Shown: piece by piece, positions 25,301-36,243 of the stretch
Numbering within the stretch: the first letter of the stretch is position 1
Layout: the number at the start of each line of letters is the position of its first letter
NCBI GenBank assembly: GCA_051294905.1
Contig: CM119376.1
Span: forward strand, 29,636,001 to 29,700,000
Reading direction: 5' to 3'
Source: Botryllus schlosseri
Lineage: Eukaryota
DNA length: 64,000 bases
Notes under the pieces: model-generated
What the model was told of the DNA's origin: nothing
Seen by the model: only the letters and a program-made list of their open reading frames with translations
Database searches by the model: none
Translations under genes and position numbers: made by a program

Positions 25301-28300
25301 CATTTCTTTTTATTCGCTACTACGGGAAAGACGTGAAACATTTCCACCAGAAGTGAAGCCATTTACGGACATAAATTTGCTGTCATATCAATAGCGGAGA
25401 TCTTGTAGCTCGCTGAAGAACATCATGGCAGTATTGGTGTATTAGTATGAATAGCAAAAATATTCAATATGCGTAATCTTCAACAGCAACAGAAAATACA
25501 TTGCTAAAACCCGCGCATGTTATTTCGTAACATATTTTTACTTCCAGTTCGAAGAATCTTCTGTGCGACTAATTTTTGATTATAAGTATTCCAATAGATG
25601 GGCAATGGGCATAACCAACACATGTTAGGAGAAAAGATCTGCAAATGAATTTGATGTCTCGGAGATGCGCTGATTTAGGTCACGGGCGCTGGTTTATCTC
25701 ACGCGCGCACATTCACGCGAACGTCGTGGCGAATTGTATTTTGCGCAAAACGTTTTTATGTATTCAATCTGCATTTTGAACAGGCTATTCGATAGTATAA
25801 GATGTTATTTATGGCTCGACGTATGCGTATTGATAATAGCTATCCATCTGTAATAGTTGTAATTGTCTACGACCAGAACAACCCAGGAAATTTTGGATTA
25901 AGTAAAGCGTGTTCGTGAAAATACGCTCAGTTATCATTAATGAGTGTGCCGTTTCGATCGGGTTAACAGTTTCTGGCCCTAGTTTTCAAATATCAGTACT
26001 GATGGACGAAATATCAGTAATGTGCAAGCAAAGGCTATTGTTCGAAGATTGCCTTTGCTAGCCATCCGGGTTTCGAGTCGACACACAAATTTACTCAAAT
26101 CGAGTCATTTCCATACTTTTAGAACATGACTCGAGTCATGAAATCCTGGTAGAATTATGTCTGTAATTCTACTTCAAATAGAAGGGTTATTTGACTCAGC
26201 TCTAGTGGCGATATAAACCTTCATCTCTCTGCTTTAGATCTTCTCGACTCAGCCGGTGCCGCAGAAAGGCAGAAGGCAATCGACGCTTTCAACGCGGAAA
26301 ACAGATGGAAAAAGAGAGGTCTCGGATTTGTGCCGATCAAATATATGTAAGACTCTCTCTGTAGGATAGAACAGGGTATTTTATGGGCCGGTTCTCAACG
26401 GCCGGTGAGAATAGCCTCGAATTTCGAAAATATAACTTGGAGCCACGAATTTTGCTGGTTATTTGATAATATTGTCAATGCTGCAATCCAAATTTGTTGC
26501 TCTAAATTTTGGATTTGAAAAATGAGTGTTTACGGTGGGCACTTCGTCAACTAGTAAGTATTATTAAACAATTTCCTACCATAAATCCTATTTTTGTAAA
26601 TCCGAAACTTTGAACACCTATTACTTCACTTCTACCTGCTGTAATTGGAGCAAATTTGTTATGCATTGCTTTTTTAGACCAACTTAACAGTTTCATGGGT
26701 TGCCAGTAAAATTTGAAAAAAAATTATATTTTTTATTACTGATATAAATATTTTCTAACTCTTATAGTTTCACTCCCACTCGTTGGAATCGAGCCAAATT
26801 TGGCGTGAAGCGTATTTTTAGCCAACCTAACAATTTTATGGAATAGCCAGTAAAATTTGAAGAAAAAAGGAATTCTTGAACAAGCCTAAGGTGTATAATC
26901 TAAAAATAGTCCATTGAGCAAAACCCACCTGTTCGCCTTGAATATTCAAATTGTTTAGGCCTGTGACGTGATATTTTGTGATACGATTGTTGATATACAA
27001 TGTTCTTTCCAATTCTCTACTAGTTGCTGGCGATTACCCCTGACGAGTGTCAGCTGAAAATGAAAATATTTGGGTTTGTTGCAATATCAATATATTATTA
27101 AAATGAATGACGTTATTTCAGGTTGTCGTGGGAGCGCGGTAATTTTTCGTCCCAAGTGAGCGTTTTTGCGTCCGACGGAAGCGTTATTTTGTCGACTGGA
27201 GCTGTAGATTCGGGGCAAGGAATCAGCACCAAGGTCTGGCTAGCACTAGTACGACCTTATTGTTAGGGCTGGGCGCACTGATTCGTGTAAACTCGAGTCT
27301 CAATCGAGTATTAATCGTAATACTTTGAGTCAAGTATTGGCAAGATGATTTTTTTGAGTACCGGTACATAAATTTGGATTTGAATAAAATAGTATTTACG
27401 GTGGGCACGATTATAATAAATAATTAAAGAATTGGTCACCGTAAATACTATTTTATTCATAATCCAAATTTTTCGACGGCAATAACTCCGCTTCCACTGT
27501 TTGGAATTGAACCAAATTTGGTGAACATCGTTTCTATACACAACCTAACACTTTCATGGGGTAAACAGAAAATTTTCAAATTTGTTGCTATTTATTTTTA
27601 TATCATAAATAGAAACTTTCTTCTCCTGTAGCATTGCGGCTACTGGTTGGAATTGAACCAAATTTTGTGTGCAGGCTTAAATTAGGTAACCTAACAATTT
27701 TATCAAGTAACCAGTATGATTTGAGAAAAAAAGCCATTTTTGAAGAGCCCTACTGAACAGTGAACATAATGACTTGACTCGAGTCAAAACACAATGACTC
27801 GGGCTCGAACCTCTACTCGCTGACTTGGACTCGGACTTGACTCGGTGGTGAATTGAAAATGACTCGACTTGACTCGTGTCAATACTATAAAAGTGAAATT
27901 GACTTGTGACTTGAAAACCTTGTGGCTTGGTTACAACCCTGACTCAAAGCCCAATCCTCTATTCAGAATCGCCTCCCTGTGGTACCCTATTTATTGTATA
28001 ATTACACTCATGTTTCTACAGCTAATACAAGTTGCGTCGTACGTGCTCGGAGTCCCAATGGATCTGATTCGAATGTCGCAAACGGATGTTTTCACGACAC
28101 CAAACTGCGCGCCGACCAGCACGAGTTTTACTTCGGAAATTTGCTCGCAGGTTGGTGATCAATTAGGCGAGTTGTTTTTACCTAAAAACGGAAGATGTTG
28201 ACCTAAAAAATCAAAATTTTAACATTTTATGACCTTAAAAAACTTAATTTTGACCTAACGTATGCAAATTAGGCGTTTTCCCACAAAATGTTAGAATTGT

Positions 28301-31300
28301 ACTACTAATCTTCATTTCTGGATCGAGCTGTCTGTCCTTACGAAGTAGTTTGGCCTACAAAAACTTATTTGACTAAAAAATTGACAGATTTTTACATCAA
28401 AAAACTTTATTTTAACGAAATCTGGCCCTTTGAAGAATTCCAGTAGTGGCAGAAATAATTAAAATTTGTTTTAGTACAGCGAAAGATACTTTTCTACATT
28501 CTCGGGTAGAAAGTGTCTGTCCTTACTAAGTCGTTTTCCAAGAATGTAAAAAGAACGTTCAACAGCTGCAGTTGTTGGCTGACAACACTGAATTTGTGCG
28601 TACACTGTTGGTGACAAACCGTGTTGCTTCGTTCTGACAATGTTGTCTACATCACAATTTTTCATCATGCGATTCTTGACATAAGAACCATACAATCCCC
28701 ACGCAGTCTTGCTTCAGTTAGGATATTGCGGTACAATGAACATAACACCATGTCTACCATTTGAATGTTTATGATTCACCATGAGCAGACAATGGGCCTT
28801 CTACAACGGTAGGCCTATAAAGTAGGCTACAAGCTGTAAAATTTCCAGCGATAAGTTCACCGACAGTGCAAAATCTACGATAGAAACGAAATGCAGGTTG
28901 CACAGAAATTTTGACTTTGTAAACAATTTTGACATTATTTGACTTGACGCTACAATTTTGATCTAATATTTACTTTTTTGACAGGTCAAAAAAAAAATGG
29001 CCGTAGTGATCAATGACCATACGAACCCCACAATGCTGGAGTGATCTTGACTATCGCACATGCCACCAGAGGTGGTCGGTAACTGTCCTACTTTTTGCAG
29101 CACTTAGTTAGGGTTACCATATTCTTCCATATTGCCTAAATGGAAAAAATGGCCATCTAAAAATAGTACATTGAACGCTCTCGTATTCCAAATTTGATGC
29201 CGGTGACGTCATATTTTGTGATACGATTGTTGATATACCATGTTTTTTCCAACTCTCTTCTAGTTGCTGACGATTATCCCTGACGAGTGTCAGCTGAAAA
29301 CATCCGGGCTCATTTCACTAGCAATACACTATTCATTTTTGCGTTGATATTTTCAGGCGATATTGGAATGTTGCAAGAAATTGAAAAGCAGGATTGACGA
29401 GACATCAACAAAGCTCAACTTACCAAGCGACATAACATGGAAGGAAAAAATCGCAAAATGTTTTGCCGAAGGAGTGGATCTCACTGCTAGCTATTGGTAG
29501 ACGCATGTTTTGTTAAAATAGTATTTCAAAAGCGCTGTGTCTATGCGATTCCCCGTGGTAATTGATTAGATTTCACGTTGGGTGCTAGCAGACTTGGACA
29601 AATAGATAATTCTAGTTGTATGATCGTATGATCAGATGAATTTGAATGAAATGACAGTAATTCTAATTTTAATTTTAATCTAATCTAATCGTAATTGTAG
29701 TGTGAAGCGGTCGAAGCATATTGTATTGACTTTTGCCAATTTTGGGAATGAAATCTGATTTGATACGATATGAAATTGAATTTTGTTGTGCTTCTTTTGC
29801 GAATTAGAAACTGAATTGAATTTCCAATTTTTTGCGAATTCAGTAATTCTAATTCCAAAATAATTTGGTAAAAAAAAACTGTGTAGCTATAATTTTATTT
29901 CCATTCTAATTTGGAAAAACTGTGTATCTGTCATTCTAATTCCAATCTAATTTAGAAAAAAACTAGCTATAATTCTATTACAATCTGATTTGAAAAAAAA
30001 ACTCTTTAGATATAATTATAATTTGAATCTAATTTGGAAAATACTGTGTAACTATCATTTTAATTCTAATCTGATTCGGAAAAGCTGAAATTTTTGTACT
30101 TGTCCAATGTCCAACTCTGACTCCATCACAGGCTGTACCCGAAAGGAAGCTTGTTAAAGAAATACAATATTTGCGGGGCTGGATTGTCCGAAGTGGAAAT
30201 GGATATTCTGACTGGAGAATACGCTTTGAGAAGAGTCGACATTTTGTATGATTGCGGAAAAAGGTATTGCAAAGATTTAGCGTTATCGGATTTGTTTTAC
30301 GGACTTAAAAACGCTCCTTACCACTTAGAGTTGATATAATCAACAATAAACCAACAATAATTATAGTTTTGATACAACTTTCCGCTGTTTTTCAAGGATT
30401 GTTAATTTGTCCGAAAAAACGATGCGTACCAAATATGCCTCAATTCCAACCCATAGATGCGAAGACTTGCAAAATTAAGGATTTTGGGAAATTCTTCAAT
30501 ATAATTTTATAACCACCCACCGTAAAGACTATTATTTCAAATTCAAAATTTTCCACTCTGACAACTTCACCTCGGCTAGTTGGAATTGGACCGAATTTTG
30601 TATGCGCCTACTTTTCCAGAAAACTAAACAATTAGATGACATAGTCAGTAAAATTGCAAAAAAAGTTGGTTTTTATTTCATAAATGCAGAATTTTCTAAC
30701 TATAGTAGTAGCTTCACATCTACAGGTCGGGATTGAGCCAACTTTGGTGTGCAGTTTTTTTTATCTAACCTAATGGTTTTATCAAATATCTAATAAAATT
30801 ACTAGTTGCTGACCATTACCCCTGACGAGTGTCAGCTGAAAATATTAGGGCTCATTTGAATATGAATATACTATACAGTAAAATTTGAAAAACAACTATT
30901 TTTGAACAGACCTATTGCCCAGCCCCAGTTATATTGAACACTCGTTTTACAACATGTTAAAACTATGATATGCTTCAAAAGCTGCAATTATTTCTCTCCT
31001 ACTCTAGCGTGAACCCCGAGATCGACGTAGGTCAGGCGGAAGGGGCATTTGTGTTTGGCCTGGGATATTACTTGACGGAGAAGATGGTCTTCCAAGCTGG
31101 GAGCGGCAAATTGCTGTCTCACAATACTTGGGAATACAAGCCTCCTGCCAGCAAAGTAAGATGGTCACTAATGAGGTTATTATGATGCAATATATGTATC
31201 AAATCAAGAGATTCTGTACACCTGCTATGTACTGACTCGACCTGGACTCGAGTCATTGCGCATGACTCGAACCAAGTCAAATGACTCGAGGCTCAGACGG

Positions 31301-33534
31301 CCAAGACTGACATTTCATTGTGATTTCAAAGAATAGTAAAGTAACCACATTATTGGGATTTCGTCTATTGGTACTGGTACTTGAAAATGCGACCAGAAAC
31401 TGGTAAAAGTGAGGAAAATGAGTATATTATAAATGCGAACCATCCGATCTCACCAGAGTTATAAAAAGTGGGTTTAACAAGACTTTAACTGGACTCTGGG
31501 CAGTCAACACAATGATTTGGACTCGGACTCGAGTCATAATACTACGACTCGGACTCGACCCTCTGCTCGATGACTCGGACTTGACTCGGTGGTGAATCGA
31601 AAATGATTCGACTTGACTCGAGTCAAAACTATAAAAGTGAGATTGACTTGTCACTCGGAGCCTTGCTACTACCCCGGTGCTGAGTTTCTTTTCATGCTGC
31701 CAGAGCCATGCAGAGAGAGTGGCCCGAAGTTGAAATGGCAGGAATTTCAACCAAAGATGTGAAAAATCGTAATACGGTACCTGAAAAAGGTTCGTAGTGT
31801 AGAGCCTACCAAGGTTCTGAACGCGAACCTCAAATTTCAGAGGTTCACACACAGAATGCGTACGTGAACCTCGCGTTCACACCACTCCCAATTTAGAGTG
31901 TTTACTTAGACAACTTGAATTACCTAGTTGTTCAAATGGTGATATTTGGATAGATTAGCATCACTGGCTAGATCAGGGGTTCTCAGCCCTTTCTTGGCCG
32001 TGGCCCATTTTCCGGTTTGAAAATGTGCTGTGGCCCACCTCTAATCTTAAAGTCATATTTTCTCCTTATTTACTGATGAAATTAAAGTATAAACACGCCG
32101 GGGCATGGAAATTTTCAAGTTGAATGAATATCTTCCAACAAACGACCAACGAAATAATCTTCTAGCTCCCCCAATTGGGGTGTGGGTGCGGCAGTTACGG
32201 CTCTGGTAGATCATATGCTAAAGCTTAGAGTATTTTATGATCGTCCGCTGCTCCATTCGCTTCGCGAAACACAATGATAGAATTCCCGCATACACTGTGT
32301 GATTAGGATTTTAGTTCCACTATTGAGGTGAATAGTGTAATCATTCTGGGCCAGCTTCAAACATAATTCATTGGTGAATGGGGTACTACAGAGGGGTGGA
32401 GGAAGATTTTCTTAATATGCATGCTGTACAATGTACTACATTCTATGTCATGTACTGAACCAACTGAAGTTGCGATGTCGGAATATTCAATCCAGTGATA
32501 CTATCAATTCCTGTGACTCTTGCATTATGTAGCCTGCATTGATTTACAGGCATGACATTTTAAACAGACTTCAAATATTAATGCGCTCCGCTGAATCCTC
32601 AATCCACTACTATTCGTTGCGGTGGTGCAGTATACCTCCACCAGAAGTTGCTAATACTTTGTAATTATGGCCATTTTTAACTTACAATAATACGACCTGC
32701 CGAAGTACAGTAAATCTATACATTAATTACAATTCATTCCGAGTTTATTGCGAATACGACATACGAAATTATGACCCTGCCGGAATACTTGGTTACTTCA
32801 GCATTATACCTTCCAGCAGGTATTATATACGTGAAATTATTTTAGTTCCTGTTAGCCATAGGTAGTCATTGCCAGAGGAGAAAGTCGGCGTTTTTGCCTC
32901 CCAATTTCGACTTGAAATGCTGACTCTATACGTACCACTACGTCTCAACAGAGTCGGATGATAAGCTTAATGTAGCCTACGTATAATCAACTAAGCAGAA
33001 TTTATTTCTAAAATTTTCCAAATAGCTCTGTGGCCCAACTCAAATGCTCCTGTGGCCCACCAGTGGGCCATGGCCCACCCTTTGAGAACCCCTGGGCTAG
33101 ATTGATGTCAGACCTATCGTAAAAAGACGACCATTTCGGTTTTCTAGGACATTCCTACAGAATGGAACATCACATTCTGGAAAGACGACTCGAATCCGAG
33201 AGAAACCTTGAGCTCGAAGGCCGTAGGAGAGCCGCCGTTGCTTCTCTCGTCTTCCGCGGTCTTTGCAATCAAGCGATGCATCGAGAATTTCAGAGGCAAA
33301 GATGGTTATTTTGCAATCGGTGAGTTCAATCTGAATTTCATATTGAGTAAAATTTCACCACCCAGTTCGATGTTGTTCTCGGTCACGAAACGCCGCACAT
33401 ATCGAAGCTCCGTTCTTGGAAGACTTGCGTTAATTAATCATGAGCACCTCTTCGTTTTAGACATACCCGCGAGTGTCGACAATGTGCAGCAACTTTGCGG
33501 CATCACAATGTCTGATTACAAGCTGAAGAATTGA
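4316..33534 (+). CDS. AOX: Aldehyde oxidase / xanthine dehydrogenase family molybdo-flavoenzyme (2Fe-2S, FAD and Moco domains), 30 exons, 1305 aa, aldehyde-oxidase type
   Basis: Exons: 4316-4367, 4427-4593, 5232-5392, 6073-6232, 7192-7302, 8658-8829, 10133-10200, 10525-10674, 11449-11631, 12058-12147, 15741-15906, 16109-16212, 16496-16651, 17663-17816, 17881-18000, 18663-18835, 19583-19746, 20408-20508, 21982-22068, 22148-22264, 22323-22404, 22958-23121, 26238-26346, 27122-27233, 28022-28150, 29357-29496, 30132-30263, 31008-31155, 33148-33319, 33461-33534. They sum to 3918 nt, all GT-AG, phases compatible. Motifs: GTKVMCAEGGCGVC, QCGYCTPG, GNLCRCTGYRPI, GSWAGNL..HPEFPSD, KVMPRSQNAHAYVNAAF, QYHFYMETQ, GGAYGGK, WCRAP, GQGISTK, GQAEGAF, SKAVGEPP. 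Confidence 0.95.
8935..9456. mobile_element. hAT-type MITE, GACTCGAGTC-rich family (reference intact copy)
   Basis: TIRs CAGGCTTGTAA / TTACAACCCTG; 8-bp TSD catacttg / gatacttg (7/8); many subterminal GACTCG/CGAGTC motifs. Other copies or fragments: 12318-15234 and ~23533-26148 (both interrupted), ~16240-16418, ~16965-17512, ~27770-27941, ~31230-31680. Confidence 0.85.
12557..14944 (+). mobile_element. Non-autonomous piggyBac-type element (2388 bp, copy 1) in AOX intron 10
   Basis: TTAA at 12553-12556 and 14945-14948. Termini CCCGATCGAAACGG ... CCGTTCCAGTTGGG form imperfect TIRs with CCC/GGG ends. No long ORF. Inserted inside a GACTCGAGTC-family MITE. Confidence 0.85.
14796..14886 (+). promoter_or_regulatory. 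tRNA-derived Pol III promoter (pseudo-tRNA / SINE-head-like) inside the piggyBac-type element; second copy at ~23820-23906 on the - strand
   Basis: A box TAGCTCAGTTGG (14803-14814), B box GGTTCTAGTCC (14861-14871; GGTTCAAGTC in copy 2), GCTGT/ACAGC anticodon-type stem, TTTT shortly after. The acceptor stem does not pair. Confidence 0.6.
18886..19437. mobile_element. MITE with TAGG(G/A)TTGTTCAAAAATAACTTTT TIRs and internal TTGGAATTGAGCCAAATTTG repeats
   Basis: Termini TAGGATTGTTCAAAAATAAC / GTTATATTTGAACAACCCTA. Related copies: ~4650-5050, 7340-7910, 9560-9720, 10860-11290, 18040-18290, 26440-26890, 27340-27750, 30330-30910, 38570-39860, 49030-49320, 56830-57050. Confidence 0.75.
19759..20301. 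repeat. Forward-reverse-forward-reverse array of the ~190-bp CTGACACTCGTCAG dispersed repeat
   Basis: F 19759-19881, R from 19882, F 20061-20138, R from 20139. 19892-20054 and 20139-20301 are a 163-bp direct duplicate. Dispersed copies: 445-785, ~3520-3660, 6915-7085, 21300-21410, 21860-21950, 26965-27100, 29200-29330, 30810-30875, 44030-44095, 61075-61240. Confidence 0.9.
23763..25962 (-). mobile_element. Non-autonomous piggyBac-type element (2200 bp, copy 2, inverted) in AOX intron 22
   Basis: TTAA at 23759-23762 and 25963-25966. Reverse complement of copy 1 end to end, but lacks the ~245-bp segment 13337-13580. Also inserted inside a GACTCGAGTC-family MITE. Confidence 0.85.
28471..28695 (-). 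pseudogene. hAT-like transposase C-terminal (dimerisation region) relic in AOX intron 25
   Basis: ...YAQIQCCQPTTAAVERSFYILGKRLSKDRHFLPENVEKYLSLY matches the P-x-T/S-x-x-V-E-R-S-F-S...EN motif of hAT C-termini. No upstream catalytic domain was found. Confidence 0.65.
29589..30119 (+). mobile_element. TIR-bounded MITE with (AATTCT/AATCT)n core; a very abundant family in the window
   Basis: Ends CAGACTTGGACAA... / ...TTGTCCAA-CTCTG; internal ACAACTAGA/TCTAGTTGT hairpin near one end. Other copies or fragments: ~3660-3790, 8245-8590, 11656-12017, 20520-20960, 21770-21860, 37865-38200, 41420-43950 (split), 45860-46205, 47625-47985, 50670-50980, 56695-57183, 59720-60035, 61490-62025, 62990-63375. 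Confidence 0.75.
31974..33094. mobile_element. hAT (Charlie-like) non-autonomous element, 1121 bp, in AOX intron 28
   Basis: TIRs CAGGGGTTCTCA / TGAGAACCCCTG; perfect 8-bp TSD ggctagat; subterminal GGCCCA motifs. Confidence 0.9.
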
Positions 33535-33923
33535 ATTTCCATTTGCAATGCGTTCTGGGTCGAGAAAATTGCGGTCTTGCGGCGGCTTCACTCTGAAAGT
33601 ATCGCGCTCCAGAGCCGCATCAATTTCGTTCATGCTGCTGATCTTTTTTTAGCTCTAAATGAAGTATATTGTGGGTTCAACTTTTTGGTGTGTGTGGTGT
33701 GCTTGTGACTCGATGTTTATGATCATGTTCAATAATATTTCCTCAATTGCAACAATCGTGTATGGTTCCAAAGGAATGGAGGGCTATGAATGTCAGTGTC
33801 AGTTTATTACATCACAAGATTGCGATACAAGGAAAAAATAGGGAGGTGTCGAAACGACTTGGATTAGTCCTTGAAATCAGAGGTGTCGGCGTGCAACTTT
33901 TAAGGCCCTGTGTGTATACCTCC

Positions 33924-35475
33924 CAGCACCGTAACTGCCACACCCCAAACCCCCCAATTGGGGGGCCCGAGCTCGAAGGGGGCCCAAAATTATTTCGTCA
34001 ATTAGCATAAATCATAGAGTATTTTTTGGAAATTTATGCACATTTTTCAAAATTTTTTCGCGCTGCGCGCGAATTGCAGTAGCCATTTGTCTTTATTATA
34101 GGGTATTGGGCCATTACCGCGCCACGACTCACCAAGACATACAATCAAGCTTTGGGCCATATAACATGCGACTCCAAGAAGTGTGCCAGAACGATCGGCA
34201 GCGAGAAAACCTTGGCCGAAAAGGTCTATGCCCTTATGCTGACCGAAGACTTCGTTATATATACAAAATACATATAGGTTTAATTGTCCATAGGCGCCTA
34301 AATGACTGGCGCCGAATGTTGCTGTCTTTGCAATCTGAACCTCACAAGACAAATACCATCCCGCTGGGAAAAATTTAATGCCAGTGAAGAAATACCAATT
34401 TGAAATCGTGTGCGTCTCTTAGTTTAGAAGCTCACGTTTGGGCGATTCTATATTTTTTGTTATAGCAGACTGGAAGTCACGAAATAACATTATGTAACGA
34501 AGTCATATCAACGGGTCCGCCCGCCGAAGATGTTTAATTATATTTACGCGCCCTCCCGTTTTCAAGACACTTCACTCGGCTCTACCGCTGAATCTAATTA
34601 CGTGAGAAGAGAGGACAATAAATTGATAGCATAATACAGGGGTGGGCAAAATACGGCCCGCAACTCCGTTCTGTGTGGCCCGCGAGTATCTAAAGAAACT
34701 TATTGAAAATATTGATAAAATGCGTACTAAAAATTAAATTATTGTAGGGACTTAATTGACCTTTTTCGTAGTATATTTCACCATGATAATTCTAAGACAG
34801 GGGTTCTTGAACTGGGGGATGGGGCGTGACAGCATCTGAAGACGTCGTAAAGCTGAAATCAACTGGAATTTTTATTCGCGCTCCGCGCGATTTACATCCA
34901 ATTCATAATTATTGCTCTGTATTTAGTCTGAATTTCATATTTAAAAATCTCACATCCACAGTCGTAACATTCCATGCCATCATACTATCCGTACACATAG
35001 TATACGTGTGTTTCAAGCTTATGGTTATGATGCTATCAACAATGTGTGTCCTGGAGTTGAACCAAAAGCAGAAATGGAAAATCTATTAACAGATCCCTGC
35101 TCACAGATTTAGATTTCAATTTTGTTCTAAGAATCGGGACACCCGACTTTCAGCCTATGAAATCTCGCCACTGTTTCTGACGCGTGTACGATATCATCAA
35201 AGCAATGTTTATTTTGTTTTAAATAAGCATGTGTATTATCTCCATGTCCTCACTATATAATCAAATACCAATAATGCGCTTTGGTTTATAATCCCAATTT
35301 TATATAATGCGGCCCGCGAATGGATTCAGATGTTGAATGCGGCCCGCGAGCTCAAAAGTTTGCCCACCCCTGGCATAATATATATGCAATCGCCTATAAG
35401 TTCGGCCTATAACCCTATGGGGGGCCCAAGACCAAAGTTTTTTGGGGGGGCTGACGAAGTGCTGTTACGGCCCTG
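33924..35475. mobile_element. hAT-type non-autonomous element, 1552 bp including a nested element
   Basis: Termini CAGCACCGTAAC / GTTACGGCCCTG; perfect TSD atacctcc (33916-33923 and 35476-35483). Confidence 0.85.
34637..35372. mobile_element. hAT MITE, 736 bp, nested in 33924-35475
   Basis: TIRs CAGGGGTGGGCAAA / TTTGCCCACCCCTG; perfect TSD gcataata; GGCCCGC subterminal motifs. Confidence 0.9.
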
Positions 35476-36243
35476 ATACCTCCCATTTACGTGACACAAT
35501 CCAGGTCTGATTGAAAGACTACTCCAAGTCGTTTCGAATCCCTCCTATCATTTCATCGTGTTGCAATCTTGCGGTGTTTTGAATTGATGGGATTATTATT
35601 AAAATCAAGTGAACTGGTATGGAAACAGGAGTAGATGCGTTTCCCACTTTTTTTCTAGTCCTTGCATAGCGAGTCAAAACACGTAGCCTACGCTTGTGCT
35701 GCCGTTCAGATACAGGCAATAACCTCACAATTTTGAGACCTTCCAGGCAGCATCGAGCCATGTTATAATGCATCTGCACGACGTGAGTCTAAGAAACCAT
35801 GCAGTCTCATATGTAGGCTACCTTAGAAAGTCGAGAAGTACGCCTAAGACAGTGATTGCTCGCGGAAAAGCAGTGGCAGAAGGTGAATTTATATGTGATG
35901 TTGGCGAGATTTTGCACAGAGTTGACCCATTCCATCATCAGTAAAATTCAATTCATTATTAATTATTTCATAATTTCAAAACTCCACAGTACTGCAAACG
36001 CAGTGAAAAGATGGGAGCGTGTCGAAACGACTTTGAGTAGTCCTTGAAATCACCCACCCACTCGAGCCTGGGAGACGTAAAAAGGATGCATGTAGCCTAC
36101 ACTGAGTGAAGAGTAAAAGAGGACAATATATAAGAACATGGGACAAAATGGCTTGTGTCGGAAGGCGATATCGATATGTCAGGTCGTGGTCCGGTAGCCT
36201 TGCGGGCTGACTGTAGTAGGCTAACACTCTTTATCACCTAGAA

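Larger units (their letters stand above)
33800..35620. repeat. Inverted pair of the GGAGGTGTCGAAACGACTTGGA repeat family bracketing the nested hAT elements
   Basis: Forward at ~33810-33890 and reverse at ~35510-35620. Other copies at ~2525-2600, 36005-36050, 38450-38540, 60570-60660. Confidence 0.6.

Noticed and set aside
31427-31852. Recurrent ORFs of 60-141 aa (MTRVKT..., ...FYSFDSSQVESFSIH...) at 8821, 15010, 17284, 23302, 27869 and 31427
   Set aside because: They are translations of the GACTCGAGTC MITE; similarity reflects the repeat, and stops and frames vary between copies.
4316-33534. Calling the gene xanthine dehydrogenase (XDH)
   Set aside because: The Glu802 equivalent is Ala (GGKA) and no Arg880 equivalent is evident; motifs fit the invertebrate aldehyde-oxidase type.
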